From Promethearchaeota archaeon (GTDB taxonomy: Archaea; Asgardarchaeota; Lokiarchaeia; Sigyniarchaeales; SOKP01): a stretch of DNA of 64,000 nt. A program made the translations under genes and the position numbers. Shown here in pieces: positions 9,933 to 19,168 of the stretch (the first letter of the stretch is position 1; every line of letters starts with the position of its first letter). The notes beneath the pieces were generated by a model. The model worked only from the letters and a program-made list of their open reading frames with translations, was not told the DNA's origin and made no database searches. The stretch is taken from the NCBI GenBank assembly GCA_019894975.1, contig JAGXNO010000009.1, positions 1-64,000 of the forward strand, written 5' to 3'.

Positions 9933-10229
9933 GGACCTTTTGGGGCGGTCTGAAGTCCCATTGCTGGACGAACCGTAAAATCCTCATAACGGAAATTGCC
10001 CGTATCAAGGTCTCATGAGTATTGTTAGCCAGCGTTATGTTCTCGTCGAAGCGCTCCCTATAATGGTAGGTATCAGGGTGGTGCCTTTTGAAGGAAAGGT
10101 ATAAGCCCGTAATTAGGAAACCGGTAAGGCCAGGGATGGAGCAGCCGTAACTATAGGTGTTTACGCTTTATAGTAAGGGTGTGGAGAGGCGTAGCATTTG
10201 GTTCTGCAATAGGATTGGGGTCGAGGTTC
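9933..10229 (+). ncRNA. ffs: Archaeal signal recognition particle (7S) RNA
   Basis: GC-rich island of about 297 nt. Helix 1 GGACCTT/GAGGTTC; Alu helices GGGCGGT/ATTGCCC, GTCC/GGAC, CCGT/ACGG; long helix 5 (GGTCTCA/TGGGGTC, TATTGT/GCAATA, GTAGGTATC/GGTGTTTAC) with TCGAAGC; helix 6 capped by GAAG; helix 8 core GGCCAGG...AGCAGCC; followed by a T-run. Confidence 0.92.
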
Positions 10230-10336
10230 GGGTTTTTTATTCTTTTATTTTAACTATCAATTGAGAGTATTATTTATTTAATAAGAACAATGTTATTAGA
10301 TATATAATCAAAGTACTTTTAAGGATATAGGGGATA

Positions 10337-11521
10337 ATGAAAGCATCAGAAAGAGTCTTAAAAGCAATTAACCATGAAGAACCTGATAGACTTCCTTCAT
10401 TTGAGATAGTTACTAACAATTCAATATTGAAGCATTATGATATGCCTATTGGGAAGGGGTATAGAGATGGATTAAAGGCACTCGCCAAGATGGGAGACCA
10501 AGGCAATGAACTTATTATAAGAGGCTATTCAAGTTATGATTATGTCAAGAGAATTTTAGAAAAATCACATGAATTTCATCGACGAGTTCAGATAGATATT
10601 GCTCTAACTCTAGCATCGATTTATCCTAGAAAAATTAATGAAGAAGGGGATGGGATAATTGATGAATATGGAAGAAATATGAAACAGCAGGTTTACACAG
10701 CAAAAGATGGTACTGAAACGGTAGTTAATGAATATTTTGGGGGCTACTTTAAAGATTTTGATGATTATGAATCTTGGGAGCAACCAGATCCTCATTGGGA
10801 AGCAAGGTTAATTAATTTAAAAGCTGGTAAAGAAATACAAAAAGAAATGAACAATGAAATCTTCTCTATACCTTCTTTAGGTTCTCTGATGGAATGTTCC
10901 TGGGAAGGGTTTGGAATAGAAAACTTTTCAAGAATATTAGCAAAACCTAAGCAAGCCAAAAAAGTATTTGATGATAGAGGTAAATTTACACTGGAATTAG
11001 TGAAGATATTAGCTGAAAATGATGCTGAAGTTGTGTTATTATGGGATGATTACGGATTTAAAAATGGTTTGTTTATGAGTCCAAAAAACTACCGTACTTT
11101 TGTTTTCCCTTGGATAAAACGTATTTGTGCTACGGCTCATAAACTAAACTGTAAAGTAATCTTACATTCCGATGGAGATCTAACAGAAATTTTTGAGGAT
11201 ATCATAGACTGCGGTGTTGATGCCTTAAATCCAATTGAACCGACAACAGCAAATCCTGATTATGATATATTTAAATTAAATAAAAAATATGGTGATCAGA
11301 TAACTTTCATAGGAAATTTATCTCCAGTTTTATTAGTAACAGGAGAAATTTCTGAGATTGAAGTATATTCTAAACGTTTAATTAGAGAGTTAGCTCCTAA
11401 TGGAGGTTACATTTTTAGTTCTGGTCATAGCATTAATCCTGCTGTTACCGTAGACCGATTTGAAGCAATGCAAAATATTAAACGGAAATTTGGAAGTTAT
11501 CCGATAAATGTCCCTGATTGA
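10337..11521 (+). CDS. Uroporphyrinogen decarboxylase / MtaA-CmuA methyltransferase family protein
   Basis: ERVLKAINHEEPDRLP, WDDYG, ILHSDG, ALNPIE and GGYIFSSGHSI. Confidence 0.88.
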   Translation: MKASERVLKAINHEEPDRLPSFEIVTNNSILKHYDMPIGKGYRDGLKALAKMGDQGNELIIRGYSSYDYVKRILEKSHEFHRRVQIDIALTLASIYPRKINEEGDGIIDEYGRNMKQQVYTAKDGTETVVNEYFGGYFKDFDDYESWEQPDPHWEARLINLKAGKEIQKEMNNEIFSIPSLGSLMECSWEGFGIENFSRILAKPKQAKKVFDDRGKFTLELVKILAENDAEVVLLWDDYGFKNGLFMSPKNYRTFVFPWIKRICATAHKLNCKVILHSDGDLTEIFEDIIDCGVDALNPIEPTTANPDYDIFKLNKKYGDQITFIGNLSPVLLVTGEISEIEVYSKRLIRELAPNGGYIFSSGHSINPAVTVDRFEAMQNIKRKFGSYPINVPD

Positions 11522-11525
11522 GTTT

Positions 11526-12686
11526 TTAATAATCTCTAAATTCATTTGCGGCATCAAACATTGCCACAATATTCTCAGCAGGAACTTCTGCGGTTATGTT
11601 ATGGATATTGGCTGCTACAAAACCCCCTCCCGGTTTTAAGCATTTAAAATTTCTCTTGACTTCCATTCTTATTTGTTCAGGGGTACCAAAAGGAAGAGTA
11701 TTTTGTGTATTACACAAACCACCCCAAAAGGTGATTATCTTTCCAAACCGGTCTTTTAAACTGCAGGGTTCCATGTCAAATGCGGAAATTTGGACAGGAT
11801 TAACAGCATCGTACTTAATTTCAGCAAAATGAGGGATAAACTGCGGTATTGACCCACAGCAATGATAATTAATTTTTATATCAGTTAATTTATGCACCTT
11901 ATCAGAAAGTTTCTTCTCGAACGGTTTTATCACTCTTTCATACGTTTTCAAATCCATTATTGGGCCTGATTGTTCTGCGAGATCACCATTTATACATAGA
12001 ACATCGAGATATTCACCTACTTCATTCAAAAAAGTGATGTTATAATCAATCCAATATTTTAATAGTCCCTCCATCGCTGCTTCAATTAATTCTGGCTTCT
12101 TTTTTAAATATTTAAGAGCGTTAGTAAATCCAAAGAGAAAAGTAGTATATTCATATATACATCCTGTCGGAGCAGAAACTAAGGTATAATCAGTTGTATC
12201 ATACAATTTTCTAGCATACTCCCGTAATCCTTCAAAAGAAGATTCATCTTTTCCATCAGGCCACTCAAAATTACGAATTTCTTGAACGGTTCTAAAACTT
12301 TCAAACGGATGGATAACAGGATCATAATATAGGATTTCATCTAAGTCTTTATTTGCATCATTTCCCCAAAAACAACCAAATTGATCGTAGACTCCAACGT
12401 ACTTCCCTTCATATTCAGGCTCGAAATCGCTAATCTTAACCATACCACCAAGAGGTCGGATATATCTTGTATCTATATTAAAACGTTCCAATAATTCCTC
12501 ACAGGGTGCTGCTAATTGTTGCACATAGTCATAGGTATTTAACTCATTATCTTCAATTTCAAGATAATCAATTAGTTTTTTGTATGATTTTATATGAATA
12601 CCTGTTTGATTCCCACCAAAATCGAGCGGAACTTTATCTGGGATCTCATGATTTAAAGTGTTATTCACTCTTTCTCTTGAAATCAT
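11526..12686 (-). CDS. Uroporphyrinogen decarboxylase / MtaA-CmuA family protein
   Basis: SRERV...HEIPDKVP, YHCCG, NPVQ, FWGG and PGGGFVAANIHNI. Confidence 0.88.
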   Translation of the reverse strand: MISRERVNNTLNHEIPDKVPLDFGGNQTGIHIKSYKKLIDYLEIEDNELNTYDYVQQLAAPCEELLERFNIDTRYIRPLGGMVKISDFEPEYEGKYVGVYDQFGCFWGNDANKDLDEILYYDPVIHPFESFRTVQEIRNFEWPDGKDESSFEGLREYARKLYDTTDYTLVSAPTGCIYEYTTFLFGFTNALKYLKKKPELIEAAMEGLLKYWIDYNITFLNEVGEYLDVLCINGDLAEQSGPIMDLKTYERVIKPFEKKLSDKVHKLTDIKINYHCCGSIPQFIPHFAEIKYDAVNPVQISAFDMEPCSLKDRFGKIITFWGGLCNTQNTLPFGTPEQIRMEVKRNFKCLKPGGGFVAANIHNITAEVPAENIVAMFDAANEFRDY

Positions 12687-12691
12687 TAGGC

Positions 12692-13519
12692 CTATCCTTT
12701 TTTCGTTAATTCTTTCTTAAGGAATAATTCTAATTTATCATTACATGCAATAAATGGAAATTTTACATTTATAGATAAATTATCATCTATTTTCTTACCA
12801 TCAACCGAAAAGATTTTACCGCCTGCTTCAGTTAGTATCAACATTCCTGCTGCAACATCTACTAATCTATTACTGCTTCTTAAATTAATGAAAGCTTCCA
12901 TGCTACCACTCGCTACTTGACACAGTGTTAAAGCACAACTACCTAATATTCTTATTCTATAGAACCGCCTTATTAATGAATTTATTTCTTGCATATTTTT
13001 CATAAGATTCTTCATTGGAATATTAAGTTCAAAAAAACATTGTTGAGAAATATCTAAATCAGAGACTTTAATTTTTGAGTCATTAAGGTATGCTCCTTTT
13101 CCTCTTTCAGACCAATAAATATCTTTGGTGTTTAAATTAAGAACTACTGCTTTGGTAATATCATTCATGCGAGTTCCAACTGCGTAAGCAATTGAAACAG
13201 AACTATAAGGTATACCCCTAACAGCATTATTAGACCCATCTAAAGGGTCAATAATTAATTTAATTTGGCTTTCCTTAGCTTTTTCTTCATCACCAATATA
13301 CTTCTCTCCTATTTCTTCGCTTATTAATAGTAGATCTACTTTTTCTTTTTCCAACGATTCAATTATAGCAGTTTCAGCAACAGTATCAAGATACATTGTT
13401 ATATCCCCCCCTGCACCTCTTTCAGATTTTATAGCAGCCTTTTTTGTTCCTAGAAGAGGATTCACAGCGTCATATACATTAAAAGCAATTTGTTTTAAGA
13501 AATCTATATTAAGTCCCAT
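12692..13519 (-). CDS. suhB: Inositol monophosphatase / FBPase class IV (SuhB-like)
   Basis: LISEE, IIDPLDGSNN, RILGS and VDVAAG. Confidence 0.88.
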   Translation of the reverse strand: MGLNIDFLKQIAFNVYDAVNPLLGTKKAAIKSERGAGGDITMYLDTVAETAIIESLEKEKVDLLLISEEIGEKYIGDEEKAKESQIKLIIDPLDGSNNAVRGIPYSSVSIAYAVGTRMNDITKAVVLNLNTKDIYWSERGKGAYLNDSKIKVSDLDISQQCFFELNIPMKNLMKNMQEINSLIRRFYRIRILGSCALTLCQVASGSMEAFINLRSSNRLVDVAAGMLILTEAGGKIFSVDGKKIDDNLSINVKFPFIACNDKLELFLKKELTKKG

Positions 13520-13609
13520 AAAAAATCAAATCTATAACAATTAGTAAGGAAGGAACGAGATTCTGTAATAATTTATCTTTCTTAAGAATTAAAGATTATT
13601 TTTTTGAAT

Positions 13610-14326
13610 TTAAGTTAAAATTTTATGCTTGTCGATAATCCATTTATCAACAACAAAATTCTGTAAATCTCTACTCTTCAGATCATATTCATTATGTACA
13701 GTACTTTTAGGAATCCATACCTCATCCTCAGATTCCAGAGTAATAAGTAAAGCTTTGGGGCTTTCGACCTTAATTTTGGCTTTTATTTCTACCGTTTCAA
13801 TAGAAGTGCCATACTCCGTTGTTTCGACAATATGTAATCCATCCCTTGTAGTAATATGTTCTGCAAATACACTATATTCAGAGTCGTCATCAATAGCTTT
13901 TTCCTTTTCTTTTGATTCAAATGTACCACTGGTTGCAAATTCAATTTTTTCAGTTAATATATGCTCAAGCATTAATGTGAGTAAATTTAAATTAGGAAAT
14001 CTGATTTTTTTCTCATATTCCCCGATTTTTATTTTTAAAACTTGACGACTTTCATCTTCCCATCCTACATATATCTCAGTCTTGCGATCCCTAAACACGT
14101 GAAATCCTCTCCAGTTAGCACTTCTGCGATAGAGCACTTCTAAAATGCAGATAATTTCTTCGATGGAAAGCTTAACAGTTTTTCCTTCACCCTTACTAGT
14201 GTTTTCCCAAGTTCCATCATCCTTTCGATTAATACAACTTAAAAAAATATATGGAACCATTTTTGTAGGGCTACTTATTATTAAACTTGACTTCTGACCA
14301 TAAAATGTTTTAGTATGAAAATCTGC
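13610..14326 (-). CDS. Hypothetical two-domain protein: N-terminal Whirly/PC4-like domain and C-terminal small beta domain (EVWIPKS)
   Basis: Start placed at TTG14326 (GAGTG upstream). The Whirly-like pattern is described in the findings. Confidence 0.55.
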   Translation of the reverse strand, partial: ADFHTKTFYGQKSSLIISSPTKMVPYIFLSCINRKDDGTWENTSKGEGKTVKLSIEEIICILEVLYRRSANWRGFHVFRDRKTEIYVGWEDESRQVLKIKIGEYEKKIRFPNLNLLTLMLEHILTEKIEFATSGTFESKEKEKAIDDDSEYSVFAEHITTRDGLHIVETTEYGTSIETVEIKAKIKVESPKALLITLESEDEVWIPKSTVHNEYDLKSRDLQNFVVDKWIIDKHKILT

Positions 14327-14505
14327 CAAATAAATACACACTCAAATTAATATGTTAAAAAGTTTACAAATATTCTAATAAAACCATAATAAATTACTGA
14401 TTTAAATCTGATTAGTAGGATATGGAATTTTTTAATTTTTAAAATAGGTAAAAGTTTTATTAAATTTGATTTTATATAACTGTAAGTAAGTCTTAACCAA
14501 TGTGA

Positions 14506-15270
14506 ATGTATATGGAAAAAAAAAGTAATGAATCAATTAAGGAAGAAGATAAAAGAGCTATAATTAATAGTACGGGAGATTTTATGGAATTTGATGAACA
14601 TATAAGTGTTTCAGGGTCTGCTAAAATCTCTGGTGGTAAACTAAATAAATCTATAAGGATATCGGGTTCTGGAGGAATTAATGGAGATTTAGAATGTAAT
14701 GAACTTACGTCATCAGGTACTTTAAAAGGCTCAGGGAATTTAACTGTGCATGGGGAAATCAGTAGCGCCGGATCATTGAGCATTGCGGGATTTCTTTATG
14801 CAAATGGAAGTGTAGATTTTTCTGGCTCAACACAAATTGGGAACCTTATAAGAGTTCAAGGAGCTTTAGTTGCTTCAGGTTCTTTTAAGGTAGGTCACTT
14901 CGTAACTGTTGATGAAGGAATCGAGTTGTCTGGATCATCGAGTATAAACGGAAATCTTTCAGCTGAAAAAACCATTAAGATCGATGGATCCACTAAAATT
15001 GAAGGTAATACCGTGGCTGAAAATATCCTTCTCGGCGCTTCAGAAGGTACTAGAAAAAAACAACACTTTCGAATACGTGGAAGTATTCTAGCCAAAAACA
15101 ATGTAGATGTTATTAGAACGCTTGTCGGTGGTGATATTAAAGGCAAAGACGTAAAAATTGGTCGAGGATCAGAAGTATATGGGTCGGTTTACTATGTTGA
15201 TAAAATCGAAGTCGATAAAAAGGCAAAACTAGCTAATGATCCCATTCAAATAACACTAGAAGAATTATAA
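14506..15270 (+). CDS. Bactofilin-like polymer-forming beta-helix protein (YhbE/YhbF-like)
   Basis: Repeated ISGSGGINGDL / SSGTLKGSGNL / LSGSSSINGNL / IDGSTKIEGN units and C-terminal IKGKDVKIGRGSEVYGSVYY. Confidence 0.75.
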   Translation: MYMEKKSNESIKEEDKRAIINSTGDFMEFDEHISVSGSAKISGGKLNKSIRISGSGGINGDLECNELTSSGTLKGSGNLTVHGEISSAGSLSIAGFLYANGSVDFSGSTQIGNLIRVQGALVASGSFKVGHFVTVDEGIELSGSSSINGNLSAEKTIKIDGSTKIEGNTVAENILLGASEGTRKKQHFRIRGSILAKNNVDVIRTLVGGDIKGKDVKIGRGSEVYGSVYYVDKIEVDKKAKLANDPIQITLEEL

Positions 15271-15286
15271 GAAAATAGATTATATA

Positions 15287-15592
15287 TTACAGTAACTCAA
15301 TTTCTACTAGAACTGATTCAGGTATTTGAATCTTCATTATAAGATGCATACTTCTTTCATTTGCGATAATTTCAAAAAGTCTTTTATGAATACGCATCTC
15401 AAATTTTGCCCAGGTTGATGTACCCTGCCCACTTGGAGCCTTCATTACAGGCACTCTGAGTCTTTTAGTAGGAAGAGGAATAGGTCCATTCTTTCGGATA
15501 CCTTGAGATGAACATACCGCAGAAACTTGCTCACATACTGATTTTAATGCCTCTAACTGCGTAGACGACAACCGTATGCGTGCTTTTTGTAT
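15287..15592 (-). CDS. rpsJ: 30S ribosomal protein uS10, inferred ATA start
   Basis: (M)QKARIRLSS...GPIPLPTKRL...FEMRIHKRL. The conserved QKARIR lies upstream of the track's TTG. The only candidate start after the in-frame TAA is ATA15592, 7 nt after GGTGA. Confidence 0.93.
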   Translation of the reverse strand: MQKARIRLSSTQLEALKSVCEQVSAVCSSQGIRKNGPIPLPTKRLRVPVMKAPSGQGTSTWAKFEMRIHKRLFEIIANERSMHLIMKIQIPESVLVEIELL

Positions 15593-15753
15593 GTTTTGAT
15601 CACCACTAAAAAATATTTAAAACTTTTGTTTCTTGCTATATTCTACAATCGTATAATTATTCCTATTAAATAAATTTTATTATCTAAGTTATTGAAGTAT
15701 ATAAATTAACTTAAACCTAGCAAGAATTTGGGGGTTTTTTTTTGGTTTTTTTT

Positions 15754-16413
15754 TTATATTCTCTTCTTTAATAGTAAAAATGTTTGACCAGCTTTTTGTT
15801 TTGGGTTATTCTTTACCATGAATCCGTCAAACCCATTATTGATAAAGGAATTTTTAAAAATATTTAGCTCTTTATCATCTTTGGGATAAAATTCGATTAC
15901 AATCCTTCCATTTTTCTTTAATATTGTGTCTATATATTTCGCAGTCTTAGTAAGTTGTTTAATTTTTTCACCATAATTCTCTCTTCCATAAGCAATAAAG
16001 TTGTAGGCAGAGATTGAGATGATGTGATCGATTTCATTTGATCTAATTGGTAAATAATTGATATCGGCTAAAATTAACTCAAAAAATTTTGGTTTTACCA
16101 ATTCTTCCTTTTTATCTCTTGCCCTCAATATCATATCAGGTAAGATATCAACACCTATTACTCTGAATCCATTTTCAACCAAGATTTCAGAAGAAAATCC
16201 AGTTCCACACCCTAAATCTAAAATTAAGAATTTTTTTTCATATCTTAGACTCCGTTCATTTTGGTTAACCAATTTTTCGTCGAATAGATATTGAATACTT
16301 AATAAGGTAGAGCGTTTTTGATTTCGTTCCATCCATTTTGAACTATCATATTCTTCTGCTTTTTCATTTAAATAATCCTTCGGAAATTGGGGGAGCTGAT
16401 TTTTTCTTACCAT
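15754..16413 (-). CDS. SAM-dependent methyltransferase, Bud23/WBSCR22-like
   Basis: ILDLGCGTGFS, IGVDI..DM, IISISA, IVIEFYP and GFDGFMV..NP. Confidence 0.8.
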   Translation of the reverse strand: MVRKNQLPQFPKDYLNEKAEEYDSSKWMERNQKRSTLLSIQYLFDEKLVNQNERSLRYEKKFLILDLGCGTGFSSEILVENGFRVIGVDILPDMILRARDKKEELVKPKFFELILADINYLPIRSNEIDHIISISAYNFIAYGRENYGEKIKQLTKTAKYIDTILKKNGRIVIEFYPKDDKELNIFKNSFINNGFDGFMVKNNPKQKAGQTFLLLKKRI

Positions 16414-16557
16414 TTCCTACATCTAGTTGATAATATGTGATTTTGATGATCACAAATGTAAAAAATAAACTCATTTATATTAATGACTAAATTCAAATAT
16501 ATATAGAAAAGTAATTTTATACTTATTAAAGACAATTAATTGATTTAGGATTTAGAC

Positions 16558-16980
16558 ATGTCTGATAAAAATTTAAGTGAAAATGATAATCCCAAAGGGC
16601 AAAATAAAAGGCATCTCATCTTAATTGTTGATGACGAGCCCGATATTCTTAATTTAACTGAGAAATTCCTGAAATTAGACCCTAACTTCGACACAATTAC
16701 ATCTGCGAACGCAAAAGAAGCAATGAGCGTTTTAGAAGAACGCTATCATGATATTTCTCTGATACTCCTTGATGTAATGATGCCCGGAAGGTCAGGTATG
16801 GATGTTTTACGCCAAATAAAAGCAGAAGAGCGTTACAACCATATTAAAGTTATTCTTTTTACAGTTAAGAGTTTTAATGAAGATATCCAAAAAGGGAATG
16901 CATTAGGGGCCGATGGATATATTATAAAACCATTTTCCGGAAAGGATTTACTTAAATTCGTTCAAGATAAACTGGCATAA
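16558..16980 (+). CDS. Stand-alone response regulator receiver (CheY-like)
   Basis: ILIVDDE, LLDVMMPGRSG, ILFT and GADGYIIKPF. Confidence 0.93.
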   Translation: MSDKNLSENDNPKGQNKRHLILIVDDEPDILNLTEKFLKLDPNFDTITSANAKEAMSVLEERYHDISLILLDVMMPGRSGMDVLRQIKAEERYNHIKVILFTVKSFNEDIQKGNALGADGYIIKPFSGKDLLKFVQDKLA

Positions 16981-17156
16981 AAAAAATTATTCTATACTTA
17001 ATACAAATTTTCAATAAACTATTTTTAGGGTTTCATAAAAGGTAAAGAGTATTCCTTAACTTATTTTCATTTATAGAGGAAAGCTTTTTAAGTAATTTGA
17101 GAAAGATAATTTTAACCAATAAAATTTAATTCTAAACAAAAAAGGAGTCAACCAAA

Positions 17157-17843
17157 TTGGTTCTTGAAGCTGAAAGTGATAAGATTTCATTTTTTAAGCA
17201 ATATTTTTCGGTCATTATTTTAGCTGCTAACGTTATCGTATTTATTTGGCAACTAATGGATCCCGCAGGTCAAATGCATATAGAGGCTGCTTTTGTCCCC
17301 TCTGATTTTTTTGAAGGAAGGAACCTTTTAAGCTTATTTAGCTCTATATTTATGCACGGCGACATAATCCATATTATCATGAATATGTGGTTCTTCTTGG
17401 TGGTAACAGATAACTGTGAACACGCCATGGGGCATCTCTTATTTATTTTTACTTATATTGTTGCTGGTCTTTTTGGAAGCTTACTTCACGCTCTAAGTAC
17501 AATAATAATTCCTGTCTGGGGGCCCTTTTTGGCAGATATTCCTTCTCTAGGTGCCTCTGGTGCAATATTTGGGCTCATGGGAGTTTATCTGATTTTATAT
17601 TCAGGTAATAAGTTTTATCTCCCATCCTCCACAGGTATGACAACGAGAAAAGTAAGTGCAGGGTATTTTATAGTGACTTACTTTATTGCAGAGCTAACGT
17701 ATGCTATTGTATCACTAATGGATCCATTTAGCCTTGGTTCAACAGCACATTTTGCTCATGTTGGAGGTTTTATAGCAGGAGCAATTATTGCAGGGATTTT
17801 CAAAGCGGTCAAGGGAGAATCTTACAAGAAGAAAAAGAAGTAA
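17157..17843 (+). CDS. Rhomboid-family intramembrane serine protease
   Basis: FMHGDIIHIIMN, catalytic GASG and AHVGG; TTG start after an AGGAG SD. Confidence 0.92.
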   Translation: MVLEAESDKISFFKQYFSVIILAANVIVFIWQLMDPAGQMHIEAAFVPSDFFEGRNLLSLFSSIFMHGDIIHIIMNMWFFLVVTDNCEHAMGHLLFIFTYIVAGLFGSLLHALSTIIIPVWGPFLADIPSLGASGAIFGLMGVYLILYSGNKFYLPSSTGMTTRKVSAGYFIVTYFIAELTYAIVSLMDPFSLGSTAHFAHVGGFIAGAIIAGIFKAVKGESYKKKKK

Positions 17844-17937
17844 TTATTTAATTTCTTTTATTTTTTTTTTATAACAACCCAATTCCAGATGAAAAATAAG
17901 CTATCGAATTAGATGTGAAGTAAATCTATATAAACAT

Positions 17938-19053
17938 TTACTCTTTTTCAGATCTGGCAATTTCTGCTTTTTTATCTATGATTGTCATGTAGGTTGCTAG
18001 AGTGTTTCGGGGGGGAAGCGTTTCTTCTTCTTTTTTGTATAATTTAATAGCTTCGGATGTACATGTGGGTACGCATACACCACAACCAATGCACCTTGTT
18101 AAGTCAACTTTTGCAATAGCATCTTCTACTTCAATAGCATCCATGTTACACCGTTCCACACATGTTTCACAGCCTATACAAGAATCTTCATCAACTTCAG
18201 CATAAAAGTTAGTGGCAAAGAACTTAGCAGGTTCAGGAATCTTTTTCTGATGGGTTAAAATTCCACAACAACAACCACAGCAAGTACATATGTTCATTGG
18301 TCTAAGAGAATTCCCTGGCTGAAGAACCAGTCCGTCTTCCTCCGCTTTTCTCAAAATTTCAAGTGCTTCCTCCTTACTTATTTCTCTAGCAAATCCTTTC
18401 TCTAAATATTGTTTTGCTGCAGATCTAAATGAAAAACACGATTCGACTAATTTAGTTTTTGCACATGGGTCTTCCATTAATTCTTTAGCTTGCCTACAGA
18501 TACATTCGGCCACAGCAATAGGTTCACCTACAATCTCGATTAAATCTTTCATATCATCATAAGATGCGATTCCTTGTTCATAATCTAAAGTTTCTTCTAC
18601 AGGTATAACCCGTAACTGAGGAATTCCTGAAGAATTATATTCATCAATGAAAGCTTCATCTATATACTGCTCATGATCTGAATAAAATTCTTTGGTAAGT
18701 CTGCCTAACTGATACTCATACATGCCAATTATCAATGCTGCAATAGCATAGTATTTTTCCTCTAAAGCCCCAATATTCCTCGAACCTCGATTAATTGATC
18801 CTTTGAAATACATTTCATCTAATTTTTGTTCTAGTTCTTCTATTTCTATACCACTCTTCTTAAACCTTCTATATATTTTTTTCAAGGGTTCAGGTTGGAA
18901 TTTTAATTTTAATGCTATTTCGGCATCTTCAACAGTAAATAAATGTTTTAAAATCCTAATTTCCACCCCAGATTCTGTGGTTGGAAATCCTACGGGCATA
19001 CTATCAAGGTGTTCTTGAAGTCTTCGAAAGAGATCTTTACTTGTATCATTCAT
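17938..19053 (-). CDS. 4Fe-4S dicluster protein with N-terminal HTH-like region
   Basis: CICRQ, ICTCCGCCC, CIGCETCVERC and CIGCGVCVPTC. Confidence 0.88.
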   Translation of the reverse strand: MNDTSKDLFRRLQEHLDSMPVGFPTTESGVEIRILKHLFTVEDAEIALKLKFQPEPLKKIYRRFKKSGIEIEELEQKLDEMYFKGSINRGSRNIGALEEKYYAIAALIIGMYEYQLGRLTKEFYSDHEQYIDEAFIDEYNSSGIPQLRVIPVEETLDYEQGIASYDDMKDLIEIVGEPIAVAECICRQAKELMEDPCAKTKLVESCFSFRSAAKQYLEKGFAREISKEEALEILRKAEEDGLVLQPGNSLRPMNICTCCGCCCGILTHQKKIPEPAKFFATNFYAEVDEDSCIGCETCVERCNMDAIEVEDAIAKVDLTRCIGCGVCVPTCTSEAIKLYKKEEETLPPRNTLATYMTIIDKKAEIARSEKE

Positions 19054-19168
19054 AGATATTTGAAATAGTAAGAATTATAAAAAATTAATCAAAATAAATG
19101 ATAAAATTTTTTCTATAATGAATTATTTGAAAAGATAATACTCATTAAAAGTATTTTTAAAAAAGAAG

